A stretch of DNA of 61,576 nt, filler included, from Deltaproteobacteria bacterium (GTDB lineage Bacteria; JAUYMQ01): assembly GCA_030698575.1 (NCBI GenBank). It is 8 parts of 8 records of this genome, joined end to end, with 100 filler letters (N's around TTAATTAATTAA, not from the genome) between each part and the next. Parts side by side here need not be neighbours in the genome. Positions count along the whole stretch, not along the records: positions 1 to 8,754 come from JAUYMQ010000586.1; positions 8,855 to 12,106 come from JAUYMQ010000613.1; 6 more parts are not named here. The stretch is one strand, 5' to 3'. A program made the position numbers and the translations under genes. Positions 1-10,720 of this stretch are shown here, one piece after another. The notes beneath the pieces are model-generated. The model was given only the letters and a program-made list of their open reading frames with translations. It made no database searches and was not told the DNA's origin. How positions within the stretch are numbered: the first letter of the stretch is position 1; every line of letters starts with the position of its first letter.

Positions 1-1123
1 CGGCGGCCAGCTTGCCCTGCCGCGTGGTCCTCGGATCGTATCGGTCGCTCCCGACTACGTCCTCGGAGATGACGCTTCCGAGCGAGAGCAGCACCGAGTC
101 GGCCGTCGACATGATGGCCGCAAGCGCGCCGATGAAAACCAGGGTCGCGAGCACGACGTGAACCCCTCCCTGGTCGGCCCAGTTCCGTATAACCATCGGC
201 ATCACCTCGTCGGCGCCAATCTCGCCAAGCCCGGCGAGCATGGGCAGCGCGGCAATGCCGACGAGCGTGACGACGAAGACCGTGACGAGGGGCATCCAGG
301 CCATGAGCGCGAGCGATCGGTAAAGGGTCTGTTTCGAGCGCGCGGCGTAGATCCGCTGGATCGTCTGGGGGTAAACCACGCTTCCGACACCGAGCAGTAG
401 CAGCGACGAAGCCCAGTTCCGGCACTCGTCGCCCGAGGGAACGGTGGCCAGGGAGGGCTCGTTCATGAGTATCCAGCCGGTCACGCCCGCCATCCCGCCG
501 GACCGCTCGAGAAGCCAGACGAGCATGGCGATGAGCCCGAACAACAGCAGCAATCCCTGAAAGGCGTCGGTGAACGCCACGGCGCGGAGGCCCCCCAGCG
601 TTTCGTAGATCAGGATCACGGCCGCCAGACCGATCACCCCGGCGGCGTAGGGAATGGCGCCGCCCGTGAGCCCTGCCGCGACGTGCCCCATCGCGATGAG
701 CTGGGCCAGCAGGAATTGGGTGAGGGCAAGGGCCTGGATTGCGCCGATGAGCCGGACGAGGGCGGTGTTGCCGTATCGCAGGCGGATGTAGTCCCCCGGC
801 GATACGAGATGGTGCTCCTCGCTCGCGCGGCGAAGACGCGGCGCGAGGAGAAGAAAGACCACCATGATGGCCATCATGAAGCCGGTGGACATCACCCAGG
901 AGAAGCCTCGCCGGTAAGCTTCACCCGGATAACCCAGGAGCGAGTTGCCGCTGTAGGTGGTGGCGTAGAGCGTGAAGAAGAGGACGAAGAAAGCCAGGTC
1001 GCGACCGCCGAGATAGAATTCCGACGGGGTCCGGAGACTGGCCCGGCGCGCGAGCAGCGTCAGGACGACGAGCACGCAGAGATAGAGCCCCAGCGCGACG
1101 AGCCCGGTCCCCGCGAGGCTCAC
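1..1123 (-). CDS. Sodium:solute symporter (SSS/PutP/PanF family), 3' end outside the window
   Basis: Manual translation from GTG at 1123: VSLAGTGLVALGLYLCVLVV...EFYLGGRDL...TLYATTYSGNSLLGYPGEAYRRG...GGLRAVAFTDAFQG, typical SSS motifs. Absent from the ORF track because it has no stop in the window. Confidence 0.9.
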   Translation of the reverse strand, partial: MSLAGTGLVALGLYLCVLVVLTLLARRASLRTPSEFYLGGRDLAFFVLFFTLYATTYSGNSLLGYPGEAYRRGFSWVMSTGFMMAIMVVFLLLAPRLRRASEEHHLVSPGDYIRLRYGNTALVRLIGAIQALALTQFLLAQLIAMGHVAAGLTGGAIPYAAGVIGLAAVILIYETLGGLRAVAFTDAFQGLLLLFGLIAMLVWLLERSGGMAGVTGWILMNEPSLATVPSGDECRNWASSLLLLGVGSVVYPQTIQRIYAARSKQTLYRSLALMAWMPLVTVFVVTLVGIAALPMLAGLGEIGADEVMPMVIRNWADQGGVHVVLATLVFIGALAAIMSTADSVLLSLGSVISEDVVGSDRYDPRTTRQGKLAA

Positions 1124-1332
1124 GGATCTTCCTCCCGCGCGCGCCGCAGCCAGATGATCGAGCAGAGGGCGGCGACGAAGACGTGGGCGAGCGTGGCGAT
1201 GACGACCCAGTCGGGAAGGCCGAACCAGATGGCGGGAATCGCGCCGGTGGGGCGGTACCAGGGGATCGAGATCGCGTAGAGGACAATGAAGGCGGCGGCG
1301 AGGAGCAAGTCGCTACGGCGGCGGGGGGTCAC
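1120..1332 (-). CDS. Small two-TM membrane protein, companion of the SSS transporter (DUF3311/DUF997-like)
   Basis: 70 aa, two hydrophobic helices, 'IPWY...IWFGLPDW' motif; its stop overlaps the SSS start (GTGA). Confidence 0.75.
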   Translation of the reverse strand: MTPRRRSDLLLAAAFIVLYAISIPWYRPTGAIPAIWFGLPDWVVIATLAHVFVAALCSIIWLRRAREEDP

Positions 1333-2810
1333 TTTTCGCGTTCCTTCTCCGTGATCCGGTAGCGCTTCAGCTTCTCCATGAAGGGGCGCAGCGAGATTCC
1401 GAGATCCTTCGCCGTCTGGGTTCGGTTCCAGCCGTGGCGATTCAGTTCGCGCACGATGACCGTTCGCTCGAAGGATTGAACCCGTTCCTTCAGGGAGCCG
1501 GACCAGCCTGCCCCCTCCTCCGCCACAACGTCCTGCTCATCCCCGGATTGCGCTGAGGCCTGCTTCATCTTGTCCGAGAGCTGGGCCGGGGCGATGGTTT
1601 CGCCCGCCGGCACCAGCGCCATCACGCGCTGCACCTCGTTCTCCAGCTCCCGCACGTTGCCCGGGAAATGGTAGGCCTGCAGGAGATCGAGCGCCTCGGG
1701 CGAGATCCCCGGCACGCTCTTCTGATCACGTTTCCCGTACTTTTCGAAAAAGTGCTCGACCAGAACCGGAATGTCTTCCCGCCGTTCGCGGAGCGGCGGC
1801 ACATGGATGGGAAAGACGTGGAGGCGGTAGTAGAGGTCCTCGCGGAACTGCTTCGACTTCACGGCGGCCTCCAAATTGCGGTTGGTGGCCGAGATCACCC
1901 GGACGTCAACCTTTCTGGAGGTCGCGTCGCCCACCCGCTTGATCTCCCCGTCCTGCAGCACGCGAAGGAGCCGCACCTGGAGAGGCATCGGCATGTCTCC
2001 GATCTCGTCCAGAAAAATCGTCCCGCCGTCGGCGACCTCGAAGAGCCCCTTCTTGTCCTCCACGGCGCCGGTGAATGCGCCCTTCCGGTGACCGAACAGT
2101 TCGCTTTCGAGAAGGTTCTCCATGAGGGCGCCGCAGTTCTGGGCGACGAAGGGCTTCGAGCGGCGCGGGCTGTTGTAGTGGATCGCCCGGGCAATCAGCT
2201 CCTTCCCGGTTCCGGTCTCACCCGTGATGAGCACCGTGGTCGACGAATCGATGACGCGCGTCAGGAGCTCGAAGGTTTCCTGCATGGCGGGGGAGCGCCC
2301 CACGATCTGATCGAAGGTGTAATGCCCTACAACCTCGCGTTTCAGCTCGACGTTTTCGCGCATCAGGCGCGCGGTCAGATCCTGCAACTCGGAGGTGAGC
2401 TTCCTGTTGTCGCGGCCCAGCTCGTAGGCCTCGATCGCGGTCTTGATGTTCTGGTGCAGGTCCGCCTCCTCCCAGGGCTTCGTGAGGTAGCGGTAGACCT
2501 TGCCCGTATTGATCGCGTCGATGGCCGAATCGATGTCGGTGTAGCCGGTGAGGATGATGCGGATGGCGGAGGGCCGAAGCGCAACGCTCTGGTCGAGGAA
2601 CTGCGCGCCGCTCATCTGCGGCATGCGCTGGTCGGCGATGATGAGGGAAACGTCCCGCTTTCGCAGGATCTCCAGGCCATCGGCGCCGCTCTGCGCCGTC
2701 AGCACATCGTAGTCGTTGCCCAGGGTGTATTCGATGAGCTTCAGGATGTCCGGTTCGTCATCGACGAACAGAATCGTGTGGCGCTCCTGATCGCCGCTCT
2801 TGTCGGCCAC
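1329..2810 (-). CDS. Sigma54-dependent response regulator (NtrC/HupR-like: REC-AAA+-HTH)
   Basis: FVDDE and DQRMP receiver motifs, GETGTGKE, ESELFGH, GAFTGA, FPGNVRELEN, C-terminal Fis HTH. Start chosen at GTG 2810. Confidence 0.95.
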   Translation of the reverse strand: MADKSGDQERHTILFVDDEPDILKLIEYTLGNDYDVLTAQSGADGLEILRKRDVSLIIADQRMPQMSGAQFLDQSVALRPSAIRIILTGYTDIDSAIDAINTGKVYRYLTKPWEEADLHQNIKTAIEAYELGRDNRKLTSELQDLTARLMRENVELKREVVGHYTFDQIVGRSPAMQETFELLTRVIDSSTTVLITGETGTGKELIARAIHYNSPRRSKPFVAQNCGALMENLLESELFGHRKGAFTGAVEDKKGLFEVADGGTIFLDEIGDMPMPLQVRLLRVLQDGEIKRVGDATSRKVDVRVISATNRNLEAAVKSKQFREDLYYRLHVFPIHVPPLRERREDIPVLVEHFFEKYGKRDQKSVPGISPEALDLLQAYHFPGNVRELENEVQRVMALVPAGETIAPAQLSDKMKQASAQSGDEQDVVAEEGAGWSGSLKERVQSFERTVIVRELNRHGWNRTQTAKDLGISLRPFMEKLKRYRITEKEREK

Positions 2811-3061
2811 TTCCGCTCCCCATTTACACATGCCCGGCAGGATCCCGGCGCTTCTCGCGCAAGATCGAGACCATAGTAGACGCCCACGGGCTTTTCAACG
2901 TCCCGGCTGCGACGCCCAGGCCAAGGGCCGGGGGCCGGCTTGCTCCGGGAGGGTCATGCGCGCCCCCGATGGGAGGCTAACTAATAATTGCCTTCGCGCC
3001 CGACGGCTGTTATCGTGTCCTTTCCCCCGTTCCTGAAAGGACCGCCAGCACGGATACCCGG

Positions 3062-4210
3062 ATGAAATCGGCCAGCCTTATCGAGACCAAAAACGCGCTT
3101 GAAGATCTGGCCGGGGCGCTCGCGGGGATCCCCGAAATCGCCATCGACACCGAGAGCAACAGCTTCCACAACTACCACGACCGCATCTGCCTCATCCAGA
3201 TAAGCATTCCCGACAAGGACTTCATCATCGATCCGATCGCGGTGCCCGACCTGGGCCCCCTGAAGACGATTTTTCTCGCCGAAGAGACCCAGAAGATCTT
3301 CCACGCAGCCGAGAACGACATCCTGCTGCTGAAGAAGCACCACGGCTTCGAGTTTCTGAACGTCTTCGATACGCTGCTGGCCGCCCAGATACTCGGCCAC
3401 CGGGAGGTGGGTCTGGCCTCGTTGCTGGCGCGGCTGTTCGACATCCGCCTGGACAAGGGGGAGCAGCGGAGCGATTGGTCGCGCAGGCCGCTGTCCGCCG
3501 ACCAGATGCTCTACGCCGTGCACGACACGCACCATCTCATCCGGCTCAGGGACACGCTTCTGGAAGAACTCCGGAACGCGGATCGCCTCGAAGCGGCCGA
3601 GGAAGAGTTTCAGCGGCTTGCAGAGAAATGCCCCGTCGAACGCCGTCCCGACGCCTCCGCCTATCTCCGGATCAAGGGCTCGAAGAAGCTTGCCCCGCGC
3701 GGCCGCGGCGTGCTCCAGGCGCTCTTCCACTGGCGAGAGCGAACCGCGCGGTCGCTCGATCGGCCGCCCTTCCGGGTGCTCTCGAACGAGACCCTGCTCG
3801 AGCTGAGCCAACTCACGCCGGCTTCCTGGAACGGCGCGGGGCGCATCCGGGGGGTCACGCCGCGCATCATCGGACGCTATGGCGACGAGATCCTCGCCGC
3901 CATCCGGGATGGCCTCGAGAAGGGGGAGGTCCGGGCCCCGCGGCCGGCACCGACCGAGCGCCGGGAGCGCGACGAATGGACCGACGAGATGGACGGGCGT
4001 TTCCGCCGGTTGCGTGAATGGCGGAACCAGCGCGCCGAATCGCTGGACGTCCAGCCCTTCATCGTTGCGCCCAACCGGCTGCTCGTGAGCCTGGCCCGTC
4101 TGGCGCCGGAGTCCATCGAAGCACTGCAGGACGTGCCCGGCATGGCTGCCTGGCGTGTCCGCGACTACGGCAGCGAGATCCTGGACCTCTTCCGGAACAT
4201 TCCCGGCTGA
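3062..4210 (+). CDS. rnd: Ribonuclease D with two HRDC domains
   Basis: AIDTES, ICLIQIS, FHAAENDI, SDWSRRPLS..MLYAVHD, followed by two HRDC-like repeats. Confidence 0.9.
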   Translation: MKSASLIETKNALEDLAGALAGIPEIAIDTESNSFHNYHDRICLIQISIPDKDFIIDPIAVPDLGPLKTIFLAEETQKIFHAAENDILLLKKHHGFEFLNVFDTLLAAQILGHREVGLASLLARLFDIRLDKGEQRSDWSRRPLSADQMLYAVHDTHHLIRLRDTLLEELRNADRLEAAEEEFQRLAEKCPVERRPDASAYLRIKGSKKLAPRGRGVLQALFHWRERTARSLDRPPFRVLSNETLLELSQLTPASWNGAGRIRGVTPRIIGRYGDEILAAIRDGLEKGEVRAPRPAPTERRERDEWTDEMDGRFRRLREWRNQRAESLDVQPFIVAPNRLLVSLARLAPESIEALQDVPGMAAWRVRDYGSEILDLFRNIPG

Positions 4211-4235
4211 ACTCGAAATATTTTCCCGCCCAGAT

Positions 4236-4907
4236 TCAAACGAACTTGATCGCGAGATTCTTCCGCTTGTTCACGATGGCCAGGTTGATCAGGAGCGGCG
4301 TGATCGACTCGACCAGACTGCTCGTCACAAGCGGCCCGCCATCGATGGGGTGTAGCCCGTCGATCTCGGCGACGAGTCCCATGATCCTCTCCTTCGCATC
4401 CTTCATGTCGCCCAGAACGACCACGTCCTGATCCAGCGTTGCGGAGAGATCGGCAAGCTTGTGGGCCGGCACGGTGTGAAAGGCGCTGACCAGCGGGATC
4501 GCCTCGGGGAGGACGCGCGCCAGCTGCACGGCCATCGATCCATCCGGGGGAGGCGCGTAGAGGAATACGCCTCCCTTGCGAACCATCGAAACCGCGGGCG
4601 TGACGACGATCTTGTCAGGGCTGAGGACACCCAGGAGCTCGCGGAGCGTCGCGACCACGTAGGGCGCCTCGACGCAGAGAACGACGATCTCGGAGTCCTT
4701 GACGACATCCTCATTCGTGCCGCCGGTGATCCCCGATTTCGCCTTCCTTCCTGCGATCTCGAGCTTCCGGGCGAACTCCTCGGCCCGCTCCCGGGCCTTG
4801 TCCGCCTTGCGTGAGCCGATGAGCAACGCGTGCTCGGTGTTGAGGCCCCATCGCAGGGCGAGCCCCTCGCCAATATCACCGGTTCCGCCTATCAGTCCGA
4901 TCTTCAT
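4236..4907 (-). CDS. npdG: NADPH-dependent F420 reductase
   Basis: MKIGLIGGTGDIGEGLALRW, IGSR, SAFH, DGGPL...VESITPLLINL. True start is ATG 4907 after a GAGAGGAG RBS. Confidence 0.88.
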   Translation of the reverse strand: MKIGLIGGTGDIGEGLALRWGLNTEHALLIGSRKADKARERAEEFARKLEIAGRKAKSGITGGTNEDVVKDSEIVVLCVEAPYVVATLRELLGVLSPDKIVVTPAVSMVRKGGVFLYAPPPDGSMAVQLARVLPEAIPLVSAFHTVPAHKLADLSATLDQDVVVLGDMKDAKERIMGLVAEIDGLHPIDGGPLVTSSLVESITPLLINLAIVNKRKNLAIKFV

Positions 4908-4942
4908 GATTCTCCTCTCGGCGCGAGCAGCGCGCCGGCGAC

Positions 4943-6178
4943 TCACCCCTGTTCGCGGATGATATTCTGGTCGCGAAGCTTTGCAATTTCCTCGGACGAG
5001 TAGCCGGCAGACGTGAGTATTTCCGCCGTGTGTTCCCCTAGCTCCGGCGCGCGTGCGCGGATGGCCGCCGGGGTCTTCGAGAGCCGCACCGGCGTTCCGA
5101 TGGCACGCAGCCGGCCCGCCACGGGATGATCGAACTCTTGGATGAGCCCGTTCTGGATTACCTGGGGGCTGCTGGTCGCCTCGGCGTAATCGTAAACCGG
5201 CCCCGCGATGAGGTCGGAGGCCTCGAGCAGGGCGAGCCACTCGGCGGTCGTCTTCTTTCGGAAAACCTCCTCCATGCGCGGATAGAACTCGCCCTCCCGT
5301 CCCGCGCGGGTCATGGGACTGTCGTAGTCGGGATTGCCGACGAGGTCTTCAAGCTTCAGCACGTGGCAGAGCGCGTCCCAGCGGGTTTCGCCTGAGGCCG
5401 TCATGTTGAAGACCCCGGAGATGACCAGGGCGCCGTCGGAAGTGTCGAACCGGCGCCACACGTCGCCGTCGAGGTTCTTCCCGGCGCCCACCCGCGACGG
5501 GACGACGCCGCACATGAGGTAGGTCGATATCTCCCAGGTCTGCATGGCCATCGTCGCGTCGATCATCGCGACATCCAGCTCCTGCCCTTCGCCCGTCCTG
5601 AGCCGGTGCACGAGCGCCGAAAGAATGCCGATGGCGCCGTAAAGCGCCGTCGCCTGATCGCCGATGGTGGCGCCGGCCGGCAGCGCCGATCCCTCGGTCT
5701 CGCCTGTCACCGACATGAGGCCGCTCATCGCCTGCGCCACGAGATCGAAGCAGGGGCGCTTGGCCCAGGGCCCCTCGCGCCCGAAGCCCGTCACGTGCAG
5801 GTAGATGATGGCCGAATTGACCGCATTCACGTCGGCGTAGCCGAGCCCCAGCGACTCCATGATTCCCGGGCGGAAGTTCTCCATCACGACATCGCAATCG
5901 CGCGCCAGCCGGAGCAGCACCTCTTTCCCCTCGGGGGTCTGATAATCGATGGCGATCGATCGCTTGTTGCGGTTGAGCGCCTGAAAGTAGGACGACGCGG
6001 GAAGATTGGGGGTGGGGTAGTAGCGCCCCAGATCGCCGATGCGCGGGTTCTCGACCTTGATGATCTCGGCGCCGAGATCTCCGAGATGCATCGAGCCCGC
6101 GGGTCCGGCCTGGAAACGCGTGAAGTCGAGAATTCGGACGCCCGCCAGGGGGCCCTTGGCGGCGTTCACTTCGCTCAT
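4943..6178 (-). CDS. Class III CoA-transferase (CaiB/BaiF)
   Basis: GPLAGVRILDFT, LGAEIIKVE, NRNKRS, ENFRPG, APELGEHT. Start at ATG 6178. Confidence 0.95.
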   Translation of the reverse strand: MSEVNAAKGPLAGVRILDFTRFQAGPAGSMHLGDLGAEIIKVENPRIGDLGRYYPTPNLPASSYFQALNRNKRSIAIDYQTPEGKEVLLRLARDCDVVMENFRPGIMESLGLGYADVNAVNSAIIYLHVTGFGREGPWAKRPCFDLVAQAMSGLMSVTGETEGSALPAGATIGDQATALYGAIGILSALVHRLRTGEGQELDVAMIDATMAMQTWEISTYLMCGVVPSRVGAGKNLDGDVWRRFDTSDGALVISGVFNMTASGETRWDALCHVLKLEDLVGNPDYDSPMTRAGREGEFYPRMEEVFRKKTTAEWLALLEASDLIAGPVYDYAEATSSPQVIQNGLIQEFDHPVAGRLRAIGTPVRLSKTPAAIRARAPELGEHTAEILTSAGYSSEEIAKLRDQNIIREQG

Positions 6179-6407
6179 AAGAATTTCCTTCCCCGTGGAG
6201 CAGTCTTTCAATGGAGGTGGAGCCCGATCGGCAGCCTTCAGAGATAAAAGAAACCGGCGCCTGAGGCAACCTCGAGGCGAACCCGAGCCGCCCTCCGATT
6301 TTGCTGAGTGGGCCGGGGCGCTGCGCTCTGGCCTCGTTCCATCGATCTGTGTAGACTTCCTCCCGCAAAGGTCGGAATGTTCACGCTGCCCCCCGCCGGA
6401 GACAGGG

Positions 6408-8754
6408 TTGCCCCGAGTCGTCGCCGCCGCCTGCCTCGCCCTTCTCGTCGCCCTCGCGGGGTGCGTGAAGAAGCAGGTCGCGCCTCCCATCGCCGGCGAA
6501 GGTCGCCTCAAGCCCGGGCAGGAAGCGCTCATCCCCGGCACACCCACCGCTGAGGGCGAGGCCGTTGCTCTGCCTCGCCTCATGGCCGGCGCCCCGCGCG
6601 CCGTCCTCTATCTCCAGATCGATCCGATGTCGGCCGGGTACGCCCGGCGCCTCGGCTGGGATTGCGCCGACGAGGCCGCGGCGCGGCCGGGTGAGATCGC
6701 CTGTTTCACCGCCGTCGTGAGCCACAAGCCGGGGACGGCCTCCTCAGGCGACGCCACGCTGACCCAGAAGCTTCCCGCCGGCCTTGCGCCGCTCGACACG
6801 GTGCCCTCGGCGGGGCTTCACTGCGCCGATGAGGCGGGGGCGCTCACCTGCGACATCGCGCCCCTCGAGGGGCGCCAGTACGTGACCCTGGCAATCCGCG
6901 CGCGCGTCGTCGCAGGCGCAGGGGCGGGCGCGCGGCTTTGCACCAGCGCCGCCCTCGAGAGCCCGAGGTCGATCGCGCGGGCAAAAGCGGCGCCCGACAC
7001 GCCGCTCGGCGCGCCTCTCGAGGCGTGCGTCACCGTGAGCGCGCCGCCGGCGCCACCGCCACCGCTTGTACCGGCTCCGCCACCACTGGCGCCGCCGCCG
7101 CCGATCCCGGAACCGAAGCCGGTCGTGCCGCCACCCGCGCCCCCGCCTCCTCCGGCCGCGGAGCCCGCTCCACCGCCACCTCCTCCTCCGCCCCCGCCGC
7201 CGCCCGCGCCGGTGCTCCGCCTCTCGAAGAAGCGGATGGATGCCGCCGACGCAAAAAAACTTGGCTGGACTTGCGACGCCGATCCCGTCGAGGCCGGCGG
7301 CTTCGCGTGCTTCGAGGTGCGGATAGCGCATCAGGCGGGGACAGCCCCCTCGAAAGTTTCGGCACTCACCGACACCCTGCCCGCCGGCCTCGTCATTGAA
7401 CAGATCGATACGGCCGGAATCTCCTGTCGCAGCAAGACCGCCCCGCTCGCCTGCGAAGTCTCGTCGCTCGACGGGGACGAGGAAGCGCGTCTCTCCATCC
7501 AGGCAAGGGTCGCGGAGAACGCCGGCGCGGACGCGCCGCTTTGCAACCGCGTCGCGCTCGAAAGCCCGGGCGCGAAGGTCGAGCCGGCGGCCACCGCGGA
7601 AGCCTGTATCAGCGTGCGCAAGAAAGTACCGCCGAAGCTGCGCTTCGAGAAGACGCGCCTCGGGGCAAGCATCGCCGAAGAGCTGGGCTGGGCCTGCGCG
7701 GCGGGCGAGGCGAAGCCGGGAGAGAGTGTCTGCTTCGAGGTGACGCTGACTCACGCGGGAGGCGATGCGCTCGCGTCGGCCGAGATTCGCGACGCGCTTC
7801 CGGCGGGTTTGACGCCGGCTGACGTGGCGGCAACGGCCGGAACGACCTGCGTCGCAGCTGCAACGCCGATCGTCTGCAGCACGCGCGAGATGAAGGCAGG
7901 CGATCGCGCCGTCATTCGCATCCGCGCCGAGATCACAGCCGAAGCGCCGGCGGGCCAGACCCTCTGCAACGAGGCCCGGGTTGACGCGCCCGGCGCCGGC
8001 GTGGAGCCCCGGACGAGTGCAACGGCCTGCGTCACCGTGGTCCTCCCGCCGCCTCCGCCGCCGCCTCCGCCACCGCCTCCTCCACCCGCGCCCCCGGCGC
8101 CAGAACCAGCGCCACCGCCGCCTCCGCCGCCGCTGCCGGCGCCCGTGCTCGATCTCGGGAAGACACGGATGGGCCTGAGCGAGGCTCGCCGGCTCGGCTG
8201 GACTTGCGACGCCGATCCCGTCGAGACCGGCGGCCAGGTCTGCTTCGAGGTGACGATTGCGCACGAAGCGGGAACCGGGCCCTCCGAGCCCTCGACGCTC
8301 ACCGACACGCTCCCGCCCGGCCTGGCCGTCGAAGAGATTGATTCGTCCGCCGCGCTCGACTGCCGCACCGACGAGAACCGCATCACGTGCACCGTCGCGC
8401 CGCTCGACGGCGGAGACAGCGCCAATCTTCACGTTCGGATGAGGGTCGAGGACGACGCGCCCGCGGAGATGCCGCTCTGCAACCGCGCGGGGCTCGAAAG
8501 CCCCGGCGCAACACTGCACCCTGCGGCCTCCACGGAGGCCTGTGTCAGGGTGCGCGCGAAGGTGCCGCCCGTGCTGCGCTTCGAGAAGACGCTTCTGGGC
8601 GCAAGCGAGGCCTCGGCACTGGGCTGGGAATGTGCAACCGGAGAGGTGAAGCCGGGAGAGCGCGTCTGCTTCGAGATCACGCTGCGCCACATCGGGGGCG
8701 ACCCCTTCCCGCCGGCTGAGATCCGCGACCTGCTTCCGCGCGGACTTGTCTTCG
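6408..8754 (+). CDS. Large lipoprotein with repeated six-Cys DUF11-like modules and polyproline linkers (truncated at contig end)
   Basis: TTG 6408 after GGAG; signal peptide with lipobox LAGC; at least 5 modules with pattern LGWxC...G..xCF.V...H...DxLPxGL...C...C...LCN...ACV; Pro-rich linkers. Confidence 0.75.
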
Positions 8755-8854
8755 NNNNNNNNNNNNNNNNNNNNNNNNNNNNNNNNNNNNNNNNNNNNTT
8801 AATTAATTAANNNNNNNNNNNNNNNNNNNNNNNNNNNNNNNNNNNNNNNNNNNN
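8755..8854. other. Artificial contig linker, first of seven (others: 12107-12206, 41996-42095, 44975-45074, 50744-50843, 53685-53784, 56777-56876)
   Basis: Identical 100-bp N-TTAATTAATTAA-N blocks giving stops in all six frames. Confidence 0.99.
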
Positions 8855-9632
8855 GCATGCGGCGCCCAAGCTCGCGGAACAGCGCGCGCGTCAGGTACCG
8901 GCGCCCCCAGTACATGCCGTCAACGTGTCCGGCGTAGAGATCGTAGAGGGTGTCGAGGGCAGCGTCGGTCAGGTCGTCTCCTTCGAGAGGGCGGATGGCG
9001 ATGCCCTGGCGCTCGATCTCCTTCCGCTCGCGGCGGATCTTGTTGCGGCGGCCACCACGCACCTCGCCTAGAAACCCCTCGAAGTCGGCGTAGCCACGGT
9101 TCTGCCAGTGGTACTGCACGTCAATCCGGCGGAGGTAGCCGGCGCCCTCGAGCGCCGCGGCTTCATCGTCGCGGCAGAAGGTGACGTGAGCGGAGGAGAT
9201 GTTGTTCTGGGTGGCGATGTCGGCGATGACGCGCCCGATGGCCTCGACAAGGGCGGCGCGGGGCTCGTCCGGGGCGGTCAGGAATCGCGGGCCGGTGACG
9301 GGTGTGAACGGGACGCCGACGAGGAGCTTGGGATAGTAGTTGAGGCCCAGGCGCTCGGCGTAGAGCGCCCAGTCGTGATCGAAGACGAACTCCCCCATGC
9401 TGTGGAGTTTCAGGTAGAGCGGGCATCCGCCGACGAGTCGCTTGCCGCGATGGAGGAGGACGTGGTGCGGGAGCCAGCCGCTGGACTCGACGGCGCAGCC
9501 GGTTTCCTCGAGAAGAGCCAGCCAGTCCCAGCGCAGGAAGGGGGAGGGCCGCTCACCCGCCAGCGCGTCCCACGCCTCCCGCGGCACATCCGCCATCTTG
9601 CGCACGACCCGCGCCGACACCTCATCCGTCAT
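8855..9632 (-). CDS. GNAT/FemAB-like acyltransferase (DUF482 family), truncated
   Basis: PFLRWDWLALLEE, GWLPHH, YLKLHSMGEFVFDHDWA, YYPKLLVGVPFTPVTGPR. Confidence 0.9.
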
Positions 9633-9671
9633 GCCGGGGATTCTACCAGAACCCCACGAATTTGATCGCGA

Positions 9672-10253
9672 TCAGCGGCGGCCGTCGTTCTCGCAGCGGA
9701 TGCAACGGCGCGCTTCGGGGAGCGCCAGGAGGCGCCGGTAGGAGATGCGCTCGTCGCAGCTGGTGCAGATGCCGTACTTGCCCTTGCGCATGCGTCCGAG
9801 GGCCGCCTCCAGCTCCTCGATCTCGGCTATTTCCTTGGCCTGTTCGCGAAGGAGCAGCATCTCCATCGCGCGGTCGGCGCCGCGATCCGTCAGGTCGGCG
9901 CTCGTGCGGCGATCTTCCTCGATCTCGGATTCGGCGGCGTTGACCCGATTGAGAAGCTTCTGCGCCGCACGCTGGCGTTGCCGCAGAAGCGCGCGCAGCT
10001 TGTCCAGCTCGTCCGGGCCGAGCGGCAGCCTTCCCACGTGCTCGACGTCGGCGTCTGGAGGAGGAAAGCAAGCCGCGCTCATCACGATCTGCTTCCCGAT
10101 CCGCGGCACTACCGGGCGCGTGCCTGTCCTGGGCCGCGCCGCCAAGGTTGTGGTTTCGCGCGGCGGATTGCGCTTGACCTTCCCGCCCTTCGCTTTCTTT
10201 GCCGTGCTGAAACCTTCGGAGCGCCCGGCGCGCTTTCCACGCCGTACAGCCAT
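9672..10253 (-). CDS. DksA/TraR C4 zinc-finger protein with basic N-terminal extension
   Basis: DLTDRG coiled-coil tip; GKYGICTSCDERISYRRLLALPEARRCIRC. Start uncertain (ATG 10253 after GGAGAGG). Confidence 0.85.
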   Translation of the reverse strand: MAVRRGKRAGRSEGFSTAKKAKGGKVKRNPPRETTTLAARPRTGTRPVVPRIGKQIVMSAACFPPPDADVEHVGRLPLGPDELDKLRALLRQRQRAAQKLLNRVNAAESEIEEDRRTSADLTDRGADRAMEMLLLREQAKEIAEIEELEAALGRMRKGKYGICTSCDERISYRRLLALPEARRCIRCENDGRR

Positions 10254-10720
10254 GGTTCTGCCCTCTCCTTGATTGGCCCGTCCCGGCGGAACGGGGTCGT
10301 TGTTGATGCGTCTGTCTGTCCAAAAGAGCAAGAAGCGTGCCGCAGACATTCTTTCCGCGAACGGCGCCGTCAAAATCCCCGCACTGCGCGATCAACGGCG
10401 TGCGGCCGCTATGGAGCGACCCGCAAACCCTGCAAGCACCGTCTCTTTCCCCGCAAGTCTAGCAGGATCCCTCGGGCAATTCCTGGCTTCTTTACAGCGT
10501 CGCAACCCTCCCTCTCACCCCTGGCACGAAGAGCGTCATTCAAGAGGAGACCCCGGAAACACAAATGAATCGCATTCGGGCGGCGCCACCGGAGACGGGC
10601 GCGGCCCTTTCCGCCCCGCCAAGCATCTGCTACAAGTTTCGAAAACAAAGCGAAGCGGAACCGAGCATGGCGGCGCGTTTCATGAGCGGCCGGCGCCAGG
10701 CCGGCCACCAGGAGCAGACC

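Noticed and set aside
6039-6407. N-terminal extension of the repeat lipoprotein, and similar extensions on npdG, caiB, envC, ggt, GT9 and menA
   Set aside because: They overlap neighbouring genes; better starts with RBS, signal peptide or family N-terminus lie downstream.
8755-8854. TTAATTAATTAA motif flanked by Ns (seven copies)
   Set aside because: Artificial linker; ORFs ending in XXXLIN and any cross-linker synteny are artefacts.
10565-10578. TetR-like operator GAAT-CGC-ATTC upstream of the ACAD gene
   Set aside because: Only a 4-bp arm palindrome, with no convincing second copy or adjacent regulator.
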